Source of the DNA: Octopus sinensis
Lineage: Eukaryota
Direction: 5' to 3'
NCBI RefSeq assembly: GCF_006345805.1
Contig: NC_043017.1
Span: 21,080,001 to 21,144,000, forward strand
Length of the DNA: 64,000 nucleotides
In this document: piece after piece, positions 24,031-37,387 of the stretch
How the letters are laid out: each line of letters begins with the position of its first letter
Numbering within the stretch: the stretch's first letter is position 1
Notes under the pieces: model-generated
The model's database searches: none
What the model saw: the letters and a program-made list of their open reading frames with translations, nothing else
What the model was told of the DNA's origin: nothing
Program-made: the position numbers and the translations under genes

Positions 24031-24762
24031 ATTATTAATATTATTATTGTTATCATTATTATTATCATTTTATAAAATTTTTATTTGACTGTCCATAAGG
24101 AAAATTTTCATGAATAGAAAAAATGTATATTTTAGAAAAATATTTAAGACACACATAAGAAGAATCTACTAAATCTTATTTTAAAGAATTGGCTATAATA
24201 TTTTCTTTTCCCTCCCTGAGCGAAAATATTCCATTATAGATGAGATTCATTCATATTTAAAAAAAATTTTCTTCAATTTTTAAAAACTTTTTTCCATTCA
24301 AAACTACTTTACTGTTTTTTTTTTTTTCGGTTTATCAAAAACTTACTATCGTTTGTTTCAATCTTCTTTGAATTACAAGGAATAAGAAGAAAAAAAAAAA
24401 CACAAATGTTTTTGACGGGTATTTTTTATAAAATGACTAATAAGAAACAAAACAATCCATTCCTTGAACAATTTTCTCAAGTGAGACCTCATCATAACTT
24501 TGAAAAAAGAGCCATTAATTTCGAGCTTTTTAGGAAGTAATTTTTGGCCAGAATTTTTTGCGTTGTCTTTTTTTAATGGTTTATAAGCAAACGTTTGTAC
24601 TTTTCTTGTTTATTTTTGTTTATTTTATAACTGAATTCAGTGGATTGTAAACTATGAGAAGAGGCGTGAAATAGGATGTTTAAAAGGTATATACACACAG
24701 ACGCATATAGAAACATATACATACATAAATATATATATATATATAATATGTATATATGTATA

Positions 24763-24794
<32 letters not shown>

Positions 24795-25375
24795 CTATAT
24801 GTATATGTGTGTGTATATATATATACATGCAATATATATATATATGTATATGTGTATGTAGTATTCACACCGTGAAATTGTTGAGTAATAAATTATGGTT
24901 GGAATGAAATTTGGAACTTTGTTAGTCAGGAGCAAAGGACCGAAGTGAAAAAGCACAGGAGTGGAAGGAAGGTAGGTTAGTTAAGAGAGCGGCATATATA
25001 TATACGCACACACACACACACACATATATATAAAGAGAGAGGAGAGAGAGAGAGAGAGATAGGAAATTATTGCTGCACGGCTAGGCTTATATCAAATAAA
25101 CTCCGTGAAAGGATGTGACTCATCTAACAGACAGACATCAGTCTCAGACGGATGCTGCTTGCACACATTATTGTCAAAACTAAATAAACTGCACGTGTGC
25201 AATGACATGCTTCATCCTTGCAGCTTGGTATATATATACATATATACATATATATACATATATAGACATATATACATATATAGACATATATAGACATATA
25301 TAGACATATATATATATATATATGTGTATATATATATATGTATTATATATATGTGTGTGTATATATATAAATATG

Positions 25376-25410
<35 letters not shown>

Positions 25411-25998
25411 ATATATGCTATATGCACACGTGTGTGTGTGTATAAAGGTTGTGGAATGAAATGGGCATAAACATGCACGTTGCAGCGATTGAATTATGTG
25501 ACATGCCAATCAAAAAATGATGAATGCTGGCAGAATGATTTCTCCTGGAATGAATGTGAAGAACTCGTTAAAATATTGTAGCCAGACTGTTGCATTACAT
25601 TGTGCAGCTTGGTGTATAGGTGAGGTGTATGAAAGGTAGGGCTAAGGTAAGAGAGAGAAATGGTGGAAGGGTGGAGGGGTTGTGGTGGTGGTGGTGTGGG
25701 AGGTGTGGAAAGGTATTAAGACCTGTTTCTTTTGACAAAATGATACAAATATATTTATTGAAAAGAGAAAAGTATTAAATATTATGTCTATCTATCTATA
25801 TATCTATGTATGTATGTATGTATGTATCTATCTCTCTCTCTCTATATTATATATATATACATATATGTACATATATGTACATATATATATATATATATAT
25901 ATAATATAGTAAAAATCTATCTATCTATATTATATATATATATATATATCCACCACTATATGAATATAAAGATATATATATACATACACATACATACA

Positions 25999-26041
<43 letters not shown>

Positions 26042-27515
26042 TATATATACATATATATATGTATATATATATATATAAGCATGTATATATAAATGTGTAT
26101 GTGTAGTATGTATATATATATATATACTTGAGTATGAAAACATATATATATAGGAAGATAGATAGATGCATAGAATGATAGATAGATATATAGACAGATA
26201 GATTGATAGACAGAGAGGCTGATAGGTTTAACAGACAGAGAGACAAACAGAATATTGCATATAAAATATATATGTATAACACTTTGACAAGTGGTTATAG
26301 AAATATGCAGAAAAGGCAAAATAAATGATTAAACAAATGAACGAAAGCAAAAGTAAAAAAAGAAAAAGGAAAACAAAAAGCGAAGAAAAAATAAAAACAA
26401 ATTAAGTTGTCATTTAATGCCAGAACCCTCCCCCTACCAAACTCAAATGAACAAACATGCTCGCATAGACACAGATATTTATACGTCTGATCACCTCTTC
26501 TGCCTCTGGCACCCAACGCATATTTACTCTTATCATCCCCCTTGTTTATCTCCATCCATAACTGCTTCCCCAACACACACACACATGCATATGCACACAC
26601 GCATGCACACATGGATGCAGGCAGACACACATATATGTGACATGACAGCAATCGTTGCGCAAAATGAACAAATCTATCGGTTTAGACTTTGTGTATTTAA
26701 AACTGGTTCGACTTTCATGTTACGAAATGAAAGTTAGGGCAAGTTGAAATAAGATTTCTCATTAAACATCTCAGTGCCACAGTGGTTTAAGAGTCCCATC
26801 TCTCGCTCATAGAGTCTCCCTGAGGTGTTACTCGGATCTCACTGTTTATGCGTATTTGTTCAAGTGTGTAGTTTCAGGAGATGATTCACTAAGTGCCTCA
26901 CAGAATTCTCAGCCGTCGAACAAATTCTGCCACGCTGTTAATACACGAACTGAAATGATGTGTCGCTATGCCTGAAAAATATTATTGAGGTGAAATGAAG
27001 TTCCTGACTTAATTACGGCTGGCGTATCTTGTGCGGAACTTTTCCTGACAGTTTACCCATCCCATCCAAAACATATATGACGAAAGTAGTTCATCATTGC
27101 TCAGTGAGGTTGTTTCACTTTCCTTCTCACTCTGTGAAAAAGAAAAAAAAATTTCTGTAGATCTTTGCGTAGTGAAAATTAAATATTCTATCTCTAAGAG
27201 GTGATTAAATTTTAAGTAGTAACAAACTTAGCGAAGAGACGAAAATGAAATGAGAAACAACAAAAAAAAAACAAAAAAAAAAGAAAGAAAGAAAATAACT
27301 ATGCAAATGTTTCATTCGTTTTGAGTCATGGAATGATTTTATTTTTCAGCTTTGACTGGGAAACGGTGAGACATTTATTATTTGATGGCTACTGGGTTAG
27401 GGAAAGATATGTAATAAGTAAAATGTTTTGCCATATCATAACAACAATGTAAACACTCAGACAGACATATAATATATATATATATACACACACATACATA
27501 CACACAGATATGTAT

Positions 27516-27551
<36 letters not shown>

Positions 27552-28565
27552 ACAAACATAAATATATACATATACACACACACACATACACACACATATA
27601 TATACATATATGTATATATATATATGTGTGTGTGTGCGTATACATATAAATATTTACTTGTACACACACACACATATATATACATATATATGTATACATA
27701 CTTATACATATATACACATATGAACAAATATATATATATATACTGAATACACAAACACACACACCCACATATACACACACACACACACACAAACAGTAAA
27801 GGCAATCCATCAACGTCCTTATTAATGCTACCAGATAGCCTAGAGGGATAAGTCTTTAATAATCATTTGATTTGAGGACTTCCCAGTAATTAAAACCACC
27901 TTACCCAAAAGCAGAACAATCTTTGGTAAATTATTTGTTAACTACCCACCACCGCAAAAAAAAAGTAATTATTTTGTTAACAGAGTGTTATGAACCTCGT
28001 AAAACAAGAAGCGGGAATTCTAAATAAGAGATTTTTTTGTTTAATTTTGTAACTTTTTGCTGCAATAAAGCTTAAGTCACTGGATGACGCACAGGTTTGC
28101 AAACACAGCTATGGAAAATTTGGTCCCTCTTGCTAATCCCTGTTAGATTTATTAGAATATTGGTGCCCAGCAGAAAATGTCTTACATGTATGCTTTGTTA
28201 CGGGTACACCTGGATAAAAATTATCTTCATATTTCTATCTGCATGTATATTTCTATAGGTTTGTATTTTTATGTTAAAATTAAAAACTATTTTACATTTA
28301 ACTGCAGGATTACTCAATCCATTTGGTAGAGTACATATTTTTTATTATTCTTTAACAAGTATTGATAGTGACTTTGAAGTTTTTACTAACTGAGTGGGCT
28401 GGAACAAGGTGATATGAAGTGTTTTGATCAAGAAAATAATGCATCGCACAGTCCATGAATTGAAACCGCAATCTTACAATCATAAGTCCAACACTCTAAC
28501 AACTAAGCCATGTGCCTTCACACACACAAACACTTATATACATATAAATATAATATATATAATAA

Positions 28566-28596
<31 letters not shown>

Positions 28597-28642
28597 GTGT
28601 TTGTGTGGTGTATATATATATATATGTATATAATATATAGAT

Positions 28643-28679
<37 letters not shown>

Positions 28680-28785
28680 AATAATAGATTGAAATAATAG
28701 ATAGGTAGATAGATAGATACATACATACATACATACATAAATACATACAGAGAAGATAGTAGATAGATGATAGATAGATAGATAG

Positions 28786-28816
<31 letters not shown>

Positions 28817-28844
28817 CAGACAGATAGATAGAGAGATAGCTATG

Positions 28845-29370
28845 ACTGTGTGGTAAGAAATTTGCTTCCAAACCACACAGTTTTGGGTTCAGTCCTACAG
28901 TGACATGTTGGGCACATATCTTCCACTATAATGCCGGGGGTTAACCATAGTAGATGGAAACTGAAAAATGCCTGTTATATGTATGTGGATGTGTGTATCT
29001 TTTACCTTTTACTTTTTTCAATCACTTCACTGTGGTCATGCTGGGGCACTTCCTTGTAGAATGTTTAGTTGAACAAATTTAAAGTCTGGTACTTTTTCTC
29101 TCAGTCTCATTTCCTGAACTGTTATGGGAATGTAAACACACCAATACCAGTTCTCAAGAATTGGTGGGGACCACCAGACACCCACACACACTTAGTTGTC
29201 TAAATATATATATGCAGTAGGCTTCTTTCAGTTTCCATGTACCACCCACAAGGCATTGTTCAGCCCAAGGTTAAAGCAGAAGACACTTGGCCAATGTACC
29301 ATGCAGTAGGATTGAACCTAGAACCATGAGCTGGGAAGAGAATTTCTTACCACAGAACCACACCTGCACT
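28845..29370. mobile_element. Two degenerate SINE family B copies (+ head 28845-28975; - copy 29001-29370)
   Basis: tgtgtggtaagaaatttgcttcc... on the plus strand; ...cttaccacagaaccacacctgc is the reverse complement of the head. Confidence 0.7.
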
Positions 29371-29377
29371 TATACCA

Positions 29378-30335
29378 ACTTAAAGAATGCCACAGTGCTG
29401 AAATATGCAGATGACATCAAGCTGTACCTCGAAATAAAGAGGTCAAATCCTATACACTATGGATCTCTATTGCAAGCAGACCTGGACACAATGCAGCAGT
29501 GGATCATGGACTGGCAACTCAAGCTGGCTGTGGACAAATGTACCACCATGCATTTTGGGAGGAGAAACCCAGCGTCCACCTACTCCCTCCACAACACTAG
29601 TCTCAAAAAGTCTTCAAGTGAACGTGACCTGGGTGTTATTGTCGACAGTGATTTGTGTTGGACAAAACACATCGCTAAAATTGTCAAGAAGGCTGAGGGT
29701 GTCTTGGCATCACTCACCAAATCCTTTGTGAGCCGCTCTCCGGCTATCTATCTGCGGCTTTATATAGCTATGGTAAGACCTCACCTGGAATTTGCATCAC
29801 CGGTCTGGAACCCCTATCTTGCCCAGGACATCAATCGTCTGGAAGCTGTTCAGCGACGTGCAACCAAAGAATACCCTCCATCAGGCATTGCTATATCCTG
29901 AACGCCTTACTTCCTGGGCATGGACACATTGAAACTCCGACGTCTGGCAGCTGACCTGGCAGACACATACAAATTATCAACCATTGCACAAACAATAACA
30001 CTGAGCACCTCTTCAAACTCCACCCATCTAACACCCGTGGACATATTACAAAGTAAGAAAACAGCACAGCTCCCATGACTTCAGAAACATTTTTTCACGC
30101 TGAGAGTTGCTGAAGCGGTGGAACAAACTGCTGGCATCGGTTGTTAGTTGTCGGAGCACTGCATCCTTCAAGACTTCCATGCTTCCTGAGATTCGCCAAC
30201 ACTACACTTGGATTTTCTCCCCTCCATACACACACAAGCATGTTCACTTTCCAGACATTTCTACATTACTGCATGTACTTTATATGCACTTTCTGACAAG
30301 TTGTGGTGCACCTGAGCACTGTATACAGTAATTTC

Positions 30336-30350
<15 letters not shown>
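29378..30350 (+). mobile_element. CR1-clade LINE, 5'-truncated (RT YADD motif to 3'UTR)
   Basis: KYADDIKLY at 29401, then LQADLD, W..DWQLKLAVDKC..MHFG, ERDLGVIVD, LYIAMVRPHLEFASPVWNPY, LEAVQRRATK. The frameshifted tail gives LRRL.ADL, NTRGH, FFTLRV..WNKL, then an (ATT)n tail. Confidence 0.95.
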
Positions 30351-30367
<17 letters not shown>

Positions 30368-30370
30368 TAT

Positions 30371-30476
30371 ATAGGCTCAAAATGTAAAAGACTTTCTCAC
30401 CTTCCTGAGCATTAAACTAATACACCTGTTTGTTGTTTATACACCTATCTTTGTCTTTTGTTTTTTTATCAATGTC

Positions 30477-30480
<4 letters not shown>
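30371..30480 (+). mobile_element. Penelope-style pseudo-LTR fragment (truncated hammerhead half)
   Basis: ataggctcaaaatgtaaaagactttctcaccttcctgagcattaaactaatacacctg closely matches the reverse complement of 59780-59856. Confidence 0.6.
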
Positions 30481-30514
<34 letters not shown>

Positions 30515-30521
<7 letters not shown>

Positions 30522-30665
30522 TAGGAAGGGCATCCAGCCGTAGAAACACTGCCAGATCAGACTGGGTCTGATGAAGCCTTCTGGCTTCACAGACCCCAGT
30601 TGAACCGTCCAACCCATGCTAGCATGGAAAGCGGACGCTAAATGATGATGATGATGATGATGATA
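30515..30665 (+). mobile_element. SINE family C 3' end
   Basis: ggcattaggaagggcatccagccgtagaaacactgccagatcagactggg...ggacgctaaatgatgatg. Confidence 0.85.
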
Positions 30666-33368
30666 TATATATATATAATACACAAAATGATATGTGATAA
30701 TATATATATATATATATATATATATACTGCATGCACGTGCACACACACACATATCAATTGAAATGTACAGTTTTATATATCCATCACGGCTGATCTCAGC
30801 TATCAGTTTCACACTGGGGGTCCAACAGAGTGTCAGGAAACAATCCAATTATGTATCCTTGTGCTCTTCAGAGATAACATCCAATCAATAATAATAGCTC
30901 TAATTTATATATAATGCTCTACACTTATCTGACAGACATACAAGAGCATTTCCCCCTGATATATGGATTCTTAGACGGTATACACACCCATATAAGTGTG
31001 TGTTTGCTAAGCTTTTACAAGAAGGCTGACAATGACTGCAAAGTTTTGGGCTTCTAGCCTTTCTCATACATTTTCACAATGGTGAGGATGTGCTGTGTGA
31101 TTTGATACAAGATGAGGTGATATAATTATGATGGAACTTTATAGGTCCCACTTTATTTACTGTCTTTAAGATTGACAAAGGAGAACTGTCACCACTCTGA
31201 ATCTAAACATTGCAGCATTTAGTTACAATCTTCAATACTGTGAATTTAGTTCCATCCAATCAACATTCGGTTTACTGCTTCATCTCTGCAGAGATCTATA
31301 GAAAGATACCAGCCATGTACTAGGGGATGGTTTCATGTTAAATAATTAATTGCACCTGTATTAAATGAAGTAACCAATATTCCCTTTGTATGAGAGAGAG
31401 TGTGTGTGTGTGTATTAATGTCAGAAATCAACTTTGCCTTTCATCCTATCGGGGTCAGTAGAATGCATACCAGTTGAACACAGGGGTCAACATAATCACC
31501 TTACATCTTCTCCTGAGCTTGCTGGCTTTGCACCAAATTTGAAACCTTTATTATCCATAAAAACTAAGCTGATTGCCATAATAGTCATAGGAGGAGAAAT
31601 GGTGGCAGTGGTGGTAGTAGTGGTGGTAGTAGCAGTAACAGCAGCAGCAGTAGTAGTAGTAGTAGTCGTTAATATTTGAAAGTGAAATAAAATTTGTCAT
31701 GGGACACACTCAGTGAACTGTTAGTTTTTTCGATATAATATGCATAAACACACACACATATATATATATATTCATGTAAATAAATGGCAACATATATGTA
31801 TACATACACATATATATATATGTGTGTGTGTTTGTGTGTGTAGTGTATCTATGTGTGTATTATACAACAAACTTCACAATATATTTTGTCATTCACTATT
31901 GGTAGCAGCATTAAGTACATGCGACATGCATATAACAAACCTTTTTTGCATTTAACTGCTTTTTTTTCTCATTTAATGCATCCTCCAGAACATTACATGT
32001 ACATACCAATCCTCCACCACACACACACACGCACATATATATATATATATATGCACCAGTAAACCTAAAGTTATGAATCTCTTGTTATTATACTCAGATA
32101 TCAACCTAGGAAGACAATTACTCAAAGTTGAATAATTCGGAAGTTTAAGAAAAAAAAAACAGCATAGAAACGAAGAGAAACTATAAAGAAATATATATAC
32201 ATACATACACACACGCACACATATATATATATATATACATATATACATACATATATATGTATGTGTGTGTGTATATATATATATACACACACATATACAT
32301 ATATACATATATATATATGTGTGTGTATATATACATATATATATATACACACAAATACATATATGCATATATATATGTACATATATGTATGTGTGTATAT
32401 ATAATATATATAATATATATACACACACAAAATATATACATGTACATATGCACATACACACATGCATATATATATATATTTGTATGTACACACACATATA
32501 TATGTATATATTACACACACACATATATATATACACATACCAATATGCATAATCACACGTACATATATAGGCGTATATATTTACATACCCAAAGAGAGAA
32601 ATGTATAGAGAGAGAAGTATATATAAAGACCATTTCTTTCAAAAAAAAAAATATAATAATCTAATGTATATTATACATAGTAGTAAATCGATATAGAAGT
32701 TTTTTCATTTAATTTTGTTATCGCTTTATTTTATTTTATTTTCGTTGTTTAGAAGAAGATGAAAGAAGTTTTAAGTTCATGTGAAAGATGTGACACATTA
32801 GTCGTTTCTTTTTCCCCGTTAGTGATTCCACTAATTTGCATATAAAACGAGATTTTATGCGAAGGAGATAATCATAAATGTCAGTTAGGTGAATATTTGT
32901 ATTCAAAAGGAAATATTTTATTTTTGCGTAAAAACCATCATACAAAGCAAAAAAAAAAAGGAAAAGAAAGTAAAAAGAGAGAAAAAAAAACAATAAAACA
33001 AAACAAAAGGACAGGAGAAAGTATATGTATATCCACGTATATTGACGATGTCGATGATGATGATGACGATGATGAAGATGATGATGACGAAGATAATGAT
33101 GATGATGATGGTCATAATACTATTTCATGTTACTTCATATGAATTTATATATGTATTGTGTGTGTATGGTATGATGGTGATGAGTGCTTACAACCATCAT
33201 GTGATGGCAAGACAAGTATACACACACACACACGCGTTTTCCGTCTGCTCTTGATACTCTTCTGTGTTTTTTAGCACTATATATCCAGTACAAATACCAC
33301 AGTTTAAATGGCTTTCAATGATATATCTACTTTAAGTATGATACACAGACTGCTTTATATATATATAT

Positions 33369-33400
<32 letters not shown>

Positions 33401-33784
33401 TAGATTGATAATTTGTTGGAGGGTGTAACAAAAGAAAAGGGAAATACAGAAAATTTTTAACAATGCAGAAAGTCTTACAAAAAAACCTCAATATTTTGGA
33501 TGCAAAAGCCTATATTCAGAAGCCGACAGTCCAAGAAATGTCTAGTTACATTGATTTTGTTGAAATAAAACAACAAAATCGATGTAACCAAACATTTCCT
33601 GGACTATTTCCTTGTGCAGATAGGCATTTCTGACCAAAATGTAAATGTTTTTGTAAAACTTTCAACTTTGTTAGAAGCTTTCTATATTTTTCCTTTTCTT
33701 TTTCTCCTTCTCTACTACAATGCTTCAAGCAAACTACAATGCTCTTATATACAGGGTGGGTGGAAAGTAACTAGGTATTAGAAA

Positions 33785-34198
33785 AGGCGGCGAGCTGGCA
33801 GAATCGTTAGCACGCCTGGCGAAATGCTTAGCGGTATTTCGTCTGCCATTACGTTCTGAGTTCAAATTCCGCCGAGGTCGACTTTGCCTTTCATCCTTTC
33901 GGGGTCGATAAATTAAGTACCAGTTACGCACTGGGGTCGATATATTCAACTTAATCCGTTTGTCTGTCCTTGTTTGTCCTCTCTGTGTTTAGCCCCTTGT
34001 GGGTAATAAAGAAATAGGTATTTTGTCTGCCGTTACGTTCTGAGTTCAAATTCCGCCGAGATCAACTTTGCCTTTCATCCTTTCGGGGTCGATAAATTAA
34101 GTACCAGTTACGCACTGGGGTCGATATATTCAACTTAATCCGTTTGTCTGTCCTTGTTTGTCCTCTCTGTGTTTAGCCCCTTGTGGGTAGTAAAGAAA
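33785..34198 (+). mobile_element. SINE family A, head-body-body dimer, 13-bp TSD
   Basis: TSD taggtattagaaa at 33772-33784 and 34199-34211. The ~180-bp body is repeated, with the junction at ~34017. Confidence 0.95.
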
Positions 34199-34443
34199 TA
34201 GGTATTAGAAATTGCTTACAGAAGTTTTAATATTGCTGAGGTCATGACGAAATCATTTTTTAAACAGACGACACGAATGGGAATTTCAGATTTTCAGACT
34301 GTCTCATTTCTTCTTATTTTCCTGATGGCCGGTCACTAGACTGTTCAGGAGTGAGCTAAGACAGCAGTACCCTATGAAGTGTGAAATTCCATTGTTTTGG
34401 TTCAAAGATGATGGTATGCATGGAAAGGTAAGTATGCAATACT

Positions 34444-34828
34444 GGAAGCACTCCGTTGGTTACGACAACGAGGGTTCCGGTTGATCCGATCAACGGAACA
34501 GCCTGCTCGTGAAATTAATGTGTAAGTGGCTGAGCACTCCACAGACACATGAACCCCCTTAACATAGTTCTCGGGGATATTCAGCGTGACACAGAGAGTG
34601 ACAAGGCCGGCCCTTTGAAATACAGGTACAACAGAAACAGGAAGTAAGAGTGAGAGAAAGTTGTGGTGAAAGAGTACAGCAGGGATCACCACCATCCCTG
34701 CTGGAGCCTTGTGGAGCTTTAGGTGTTTTTGCTCAATAAACACTCACAACGCCCGGTCTGGGAATCGAAACCGCGATCCTACGACCGCGAGCCCGCTGCC
34801 CCAACCACTGGGCCATTGCGCCTCCACA
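34444..34828 (-). mobile_element. tRNA-derived SINE family D, full length, 11-bp TSD
   Basis: Minus-strand head ggaggcgcaatggcccagtggttggggcagcgggctcgcggtcgtaggatcgcggtttcgattcccagaccgggcg is tRNA-like with A/B boxes. TSD tatgcaatact at 34433-34443 and 34829-34839. Confidence 0.95.
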
Positions 34829-35067
34829 TATGCAATACTACGTCCAGAGACAATGAAAAGTTGTCATGCAAAGCTGATGACTACGGGCTCTGTAAGTGAT
34901 GCAAGAAGAAGTGGCTGTCCAGTCACATCCCAATCAGTGGACAACATGGCAACTGTGCAGGAAATGTTTAAATATGCATATAAAAACTCCTGTTTTATTA
35001 TGCTGGTCTACAGATTAATGATACCAACTGGCAATAGCAGTTTTGGGGGTTGTACTGAGCTGTTTAT

Positions 35068-35475
35068 TTTACTCTTTACTCTTTTACTCTTTTACTTGTT
35101 TCAGTCATGTTGACTGTGGCCATGCTGGAGCACCGCCTTTAGTCGAGCAATTCGACCCCGGGACTTATTCTTTGTAAGCCCAGTACTTATTCTATCGGTC
35201 TCTTTTGCCAAACCGCTAAGTGACGGGGACGTAAACACACCAGCATCAGTTGTCAAGCAATGCTAGGGGGACAAACACAGACACACATACATATATATAT
35301 ATATATATACATATATACGACGGGCTTCTTTCAGTTTCCGTCTACCAAATCCACTCACAAGACATTGGTCGGCCCGGGGCTATAGCAGAAGACACTTGCC
35401 CAAGAATCCACGCAGTGGGACTGAACCCGGAACGATGTGGTTGGTAAGCAAGCTACTTACCACACAGCCACTCCT
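35068..35475 (-). mobile_element. SINE family B, full length
   Basis: (tactctt)n tail at left and cttaccacacagccactcct head at right; little divergence from the other copies. Confidence 0.9.
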
Positions 35476-35689
35476 CAATGTATCACATGAGATGACATAA
35501 CATGATTTTCAATTCATACAGTCTAATTCATGTTAAGCTTTTTGCCTGGCATACCAAAGATTCTGCAAGCTAGCCACCAGAAGAAATGACACCAACCATT
35601 TTATCTGGCATGCAAATGATTCTGTCACCTCGTTGTATCAATGCCGCTGCCACCGCCAATGACGACAACAACAACAACAACAATAATAA

Positions 35690-35912
35690 CGATCCTTTCT
35701 ACAGGAAGCACAAGGCCTCAAATTTGGAGGAAGGGATTAAGGTGATTACATTGACCCCCTGCACTGTGCGTAACTGGTACTAATTTAATCAACCCTGAAA
35801 AGATGAAAGGCAAACTTGACCTCAGTGGAATTTGAACTCAGAATGTAGCGGCAGATGAAATATCACTAAGCATTTCGCCTGGTGTGCTAACAATTCTGCC
35901 AGCTCACCACTT
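35690..35912 (-). mobile_element. SINE family A
   Basis: Reverse complement of body and head (aattctgccagctcacc). Confidence 0.8.
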
Positions 35913-35934
35913 TTAATAATAATAATAATAATAA

Positions 35935-36439
35935 TACCTTCTATTAAATGTACAAAGCATGAAATTTGGGAGAAGAAGAAGAAAAAGAAGAAGAAGGAGA
36001 AGAAGAAGAAGAAGAAGAAGAAGAAGAAGAAGAAGCAGAAGGAAGAAGAAGAGAAGAAGAAAAAAGGAGAAGAAGAAAAGAAAAGAAGAAAAAGAAGAAG
36101 AAGCAGAATGAGAAGAAGGAGAAGAAGAAAAAGAAGGAGAAGAAGAAGAAGGAGAAGAAGAAGAAGAAGAAGAAAAAGAAGACGAAGAAGAAGAAGAATG
36201 ATAATGATGATAATAAAATAATAATAATACCTTCTATTAAATGTACAAAGCAAGAAATTTGGGAGAAGAAGAAGAAGAAAAAGAAGAAGAAGAGAAGAAG
36301 AAGAAGAAGAGAAGAAGAAGAAGAAGAAGCAGAAGGAGAAGAAGGAGAAGAAGAAAAAGAAGGAGAAGAAGAGAAGAAGAAGAAGAAGAAGAAGAAGAAG
36401 AAGAGAAGAAGAAGAAGAAGAAGAAGAAGAAGAAGAATG

Positions 36440-36450
<11 letters not shown>
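35935..36450. repeat. Duplicated SINE-end stub plus (GAA)n tract
   Basis: taccttctattaaatgtacaaagca.gaaatttgggagaagaag at ~35935 and ~36227, each followed by degenerate (GAA)n. Confidence 0.9.
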
Positions 36451-36470
<20 letters not shown>

Positions 36471-36794
36471 TTTCTTTTATCATAGTAATAGAGCAAGAAC
36501 AAAATTTTCAACAACTTTACATTTTATTTCTTTGTTTGACAGAAGCAAAACAAAAATGCCATTATTTTTCACTAGCATTTTCGATTCAAAAATGATCTTA
36601 ATTATGATTAGCAACAGGTTGGTGGATGGGATGGGAAAACCAACCTTATGTCTTTCGTGTAAAATGTTTGGATTTGTTTGCATTTTAGCTTGCTTTTTTT
36701 AAATACGTTGCTGTGTTGTTGTTATTATTATTGATGTTAGTATTATTATTATCATTTTAAACATTTTTATTATTAGTCATTATTATCATTATTA

Positions 36795-36830
<36 letters not shown>

Positions 36831-37387
36831 CATCATTATTATCATTATGATTATTACAGTTTATTTGTTTTTATATTGTTATTTATTGAAGGATTTGACA
36901 AGGGAAATATTTCGTCCTGCCCTAAAGGCAGAACCTAACAGATTCTGACATAATGGTTTGGGGCTGGAATTAGATTCCTTGTTTTTTGATGAAGAATAAT
37001 TTTGTTTGTAATAAAAAAAAAAATGAAGAAATAAACATTAAAAAAATCCCTCCACCACCACGACCACCACCTCTACCACCACTACTAACAATTACAACAG
37101 TAACAAGGTAAATGAAGAAATAGTTATTGATGTAAATACAATTGTTACCGTTTCTAAAAGACACTGCCCTGTAGCGATGATGGAATCGCAGGAAATTTAC
37201 TGGCAGACTAAATATTAGACATTGCAATTAATGATTAGGAACATAATCCAATGGAAAGTTAGGTATGTTCATTTTACAGGAGGATATTAAGAGAGTGGTA
37301 GAGAGAGAGAGAGAGGGGGGGAAGGAGGGAAAAGCAAGAGAGGAGAGAAAGATTAAGAGAAAATGTTGAAAGAAAAATACTGAGTAG

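Larger units (their letters stand above)
33750..34975 (+). pseudogene. Tc1/mariner element 5' part with a decayed transposase N-terminal HTH, split by two SINEs
   Basis: TA-CAGGGTG left TIR at 33750. Removing the SINE at 34444-34828 plus one TSD joins AVPYEV*NSIVLVQR*WYAWKGKYAI to LRPETMKSCHAKLMTTGSVSDARRSGCPVTSQSVDNMATVQEMF in frame. The TGSV.D..RSG.P motif is typical of mariner-like (DUF4817-type) HTHs. Confidence 0.7.

Noticed and set aside
34750-34828. tRNA-like sequences (also the heads at 9132, 41474 and 54508)
   Set aside because: They are SINE heads: each continues into a shared SINE body, and 34444-34828 is bounded by a TSD. They are not called as tRNA genes.
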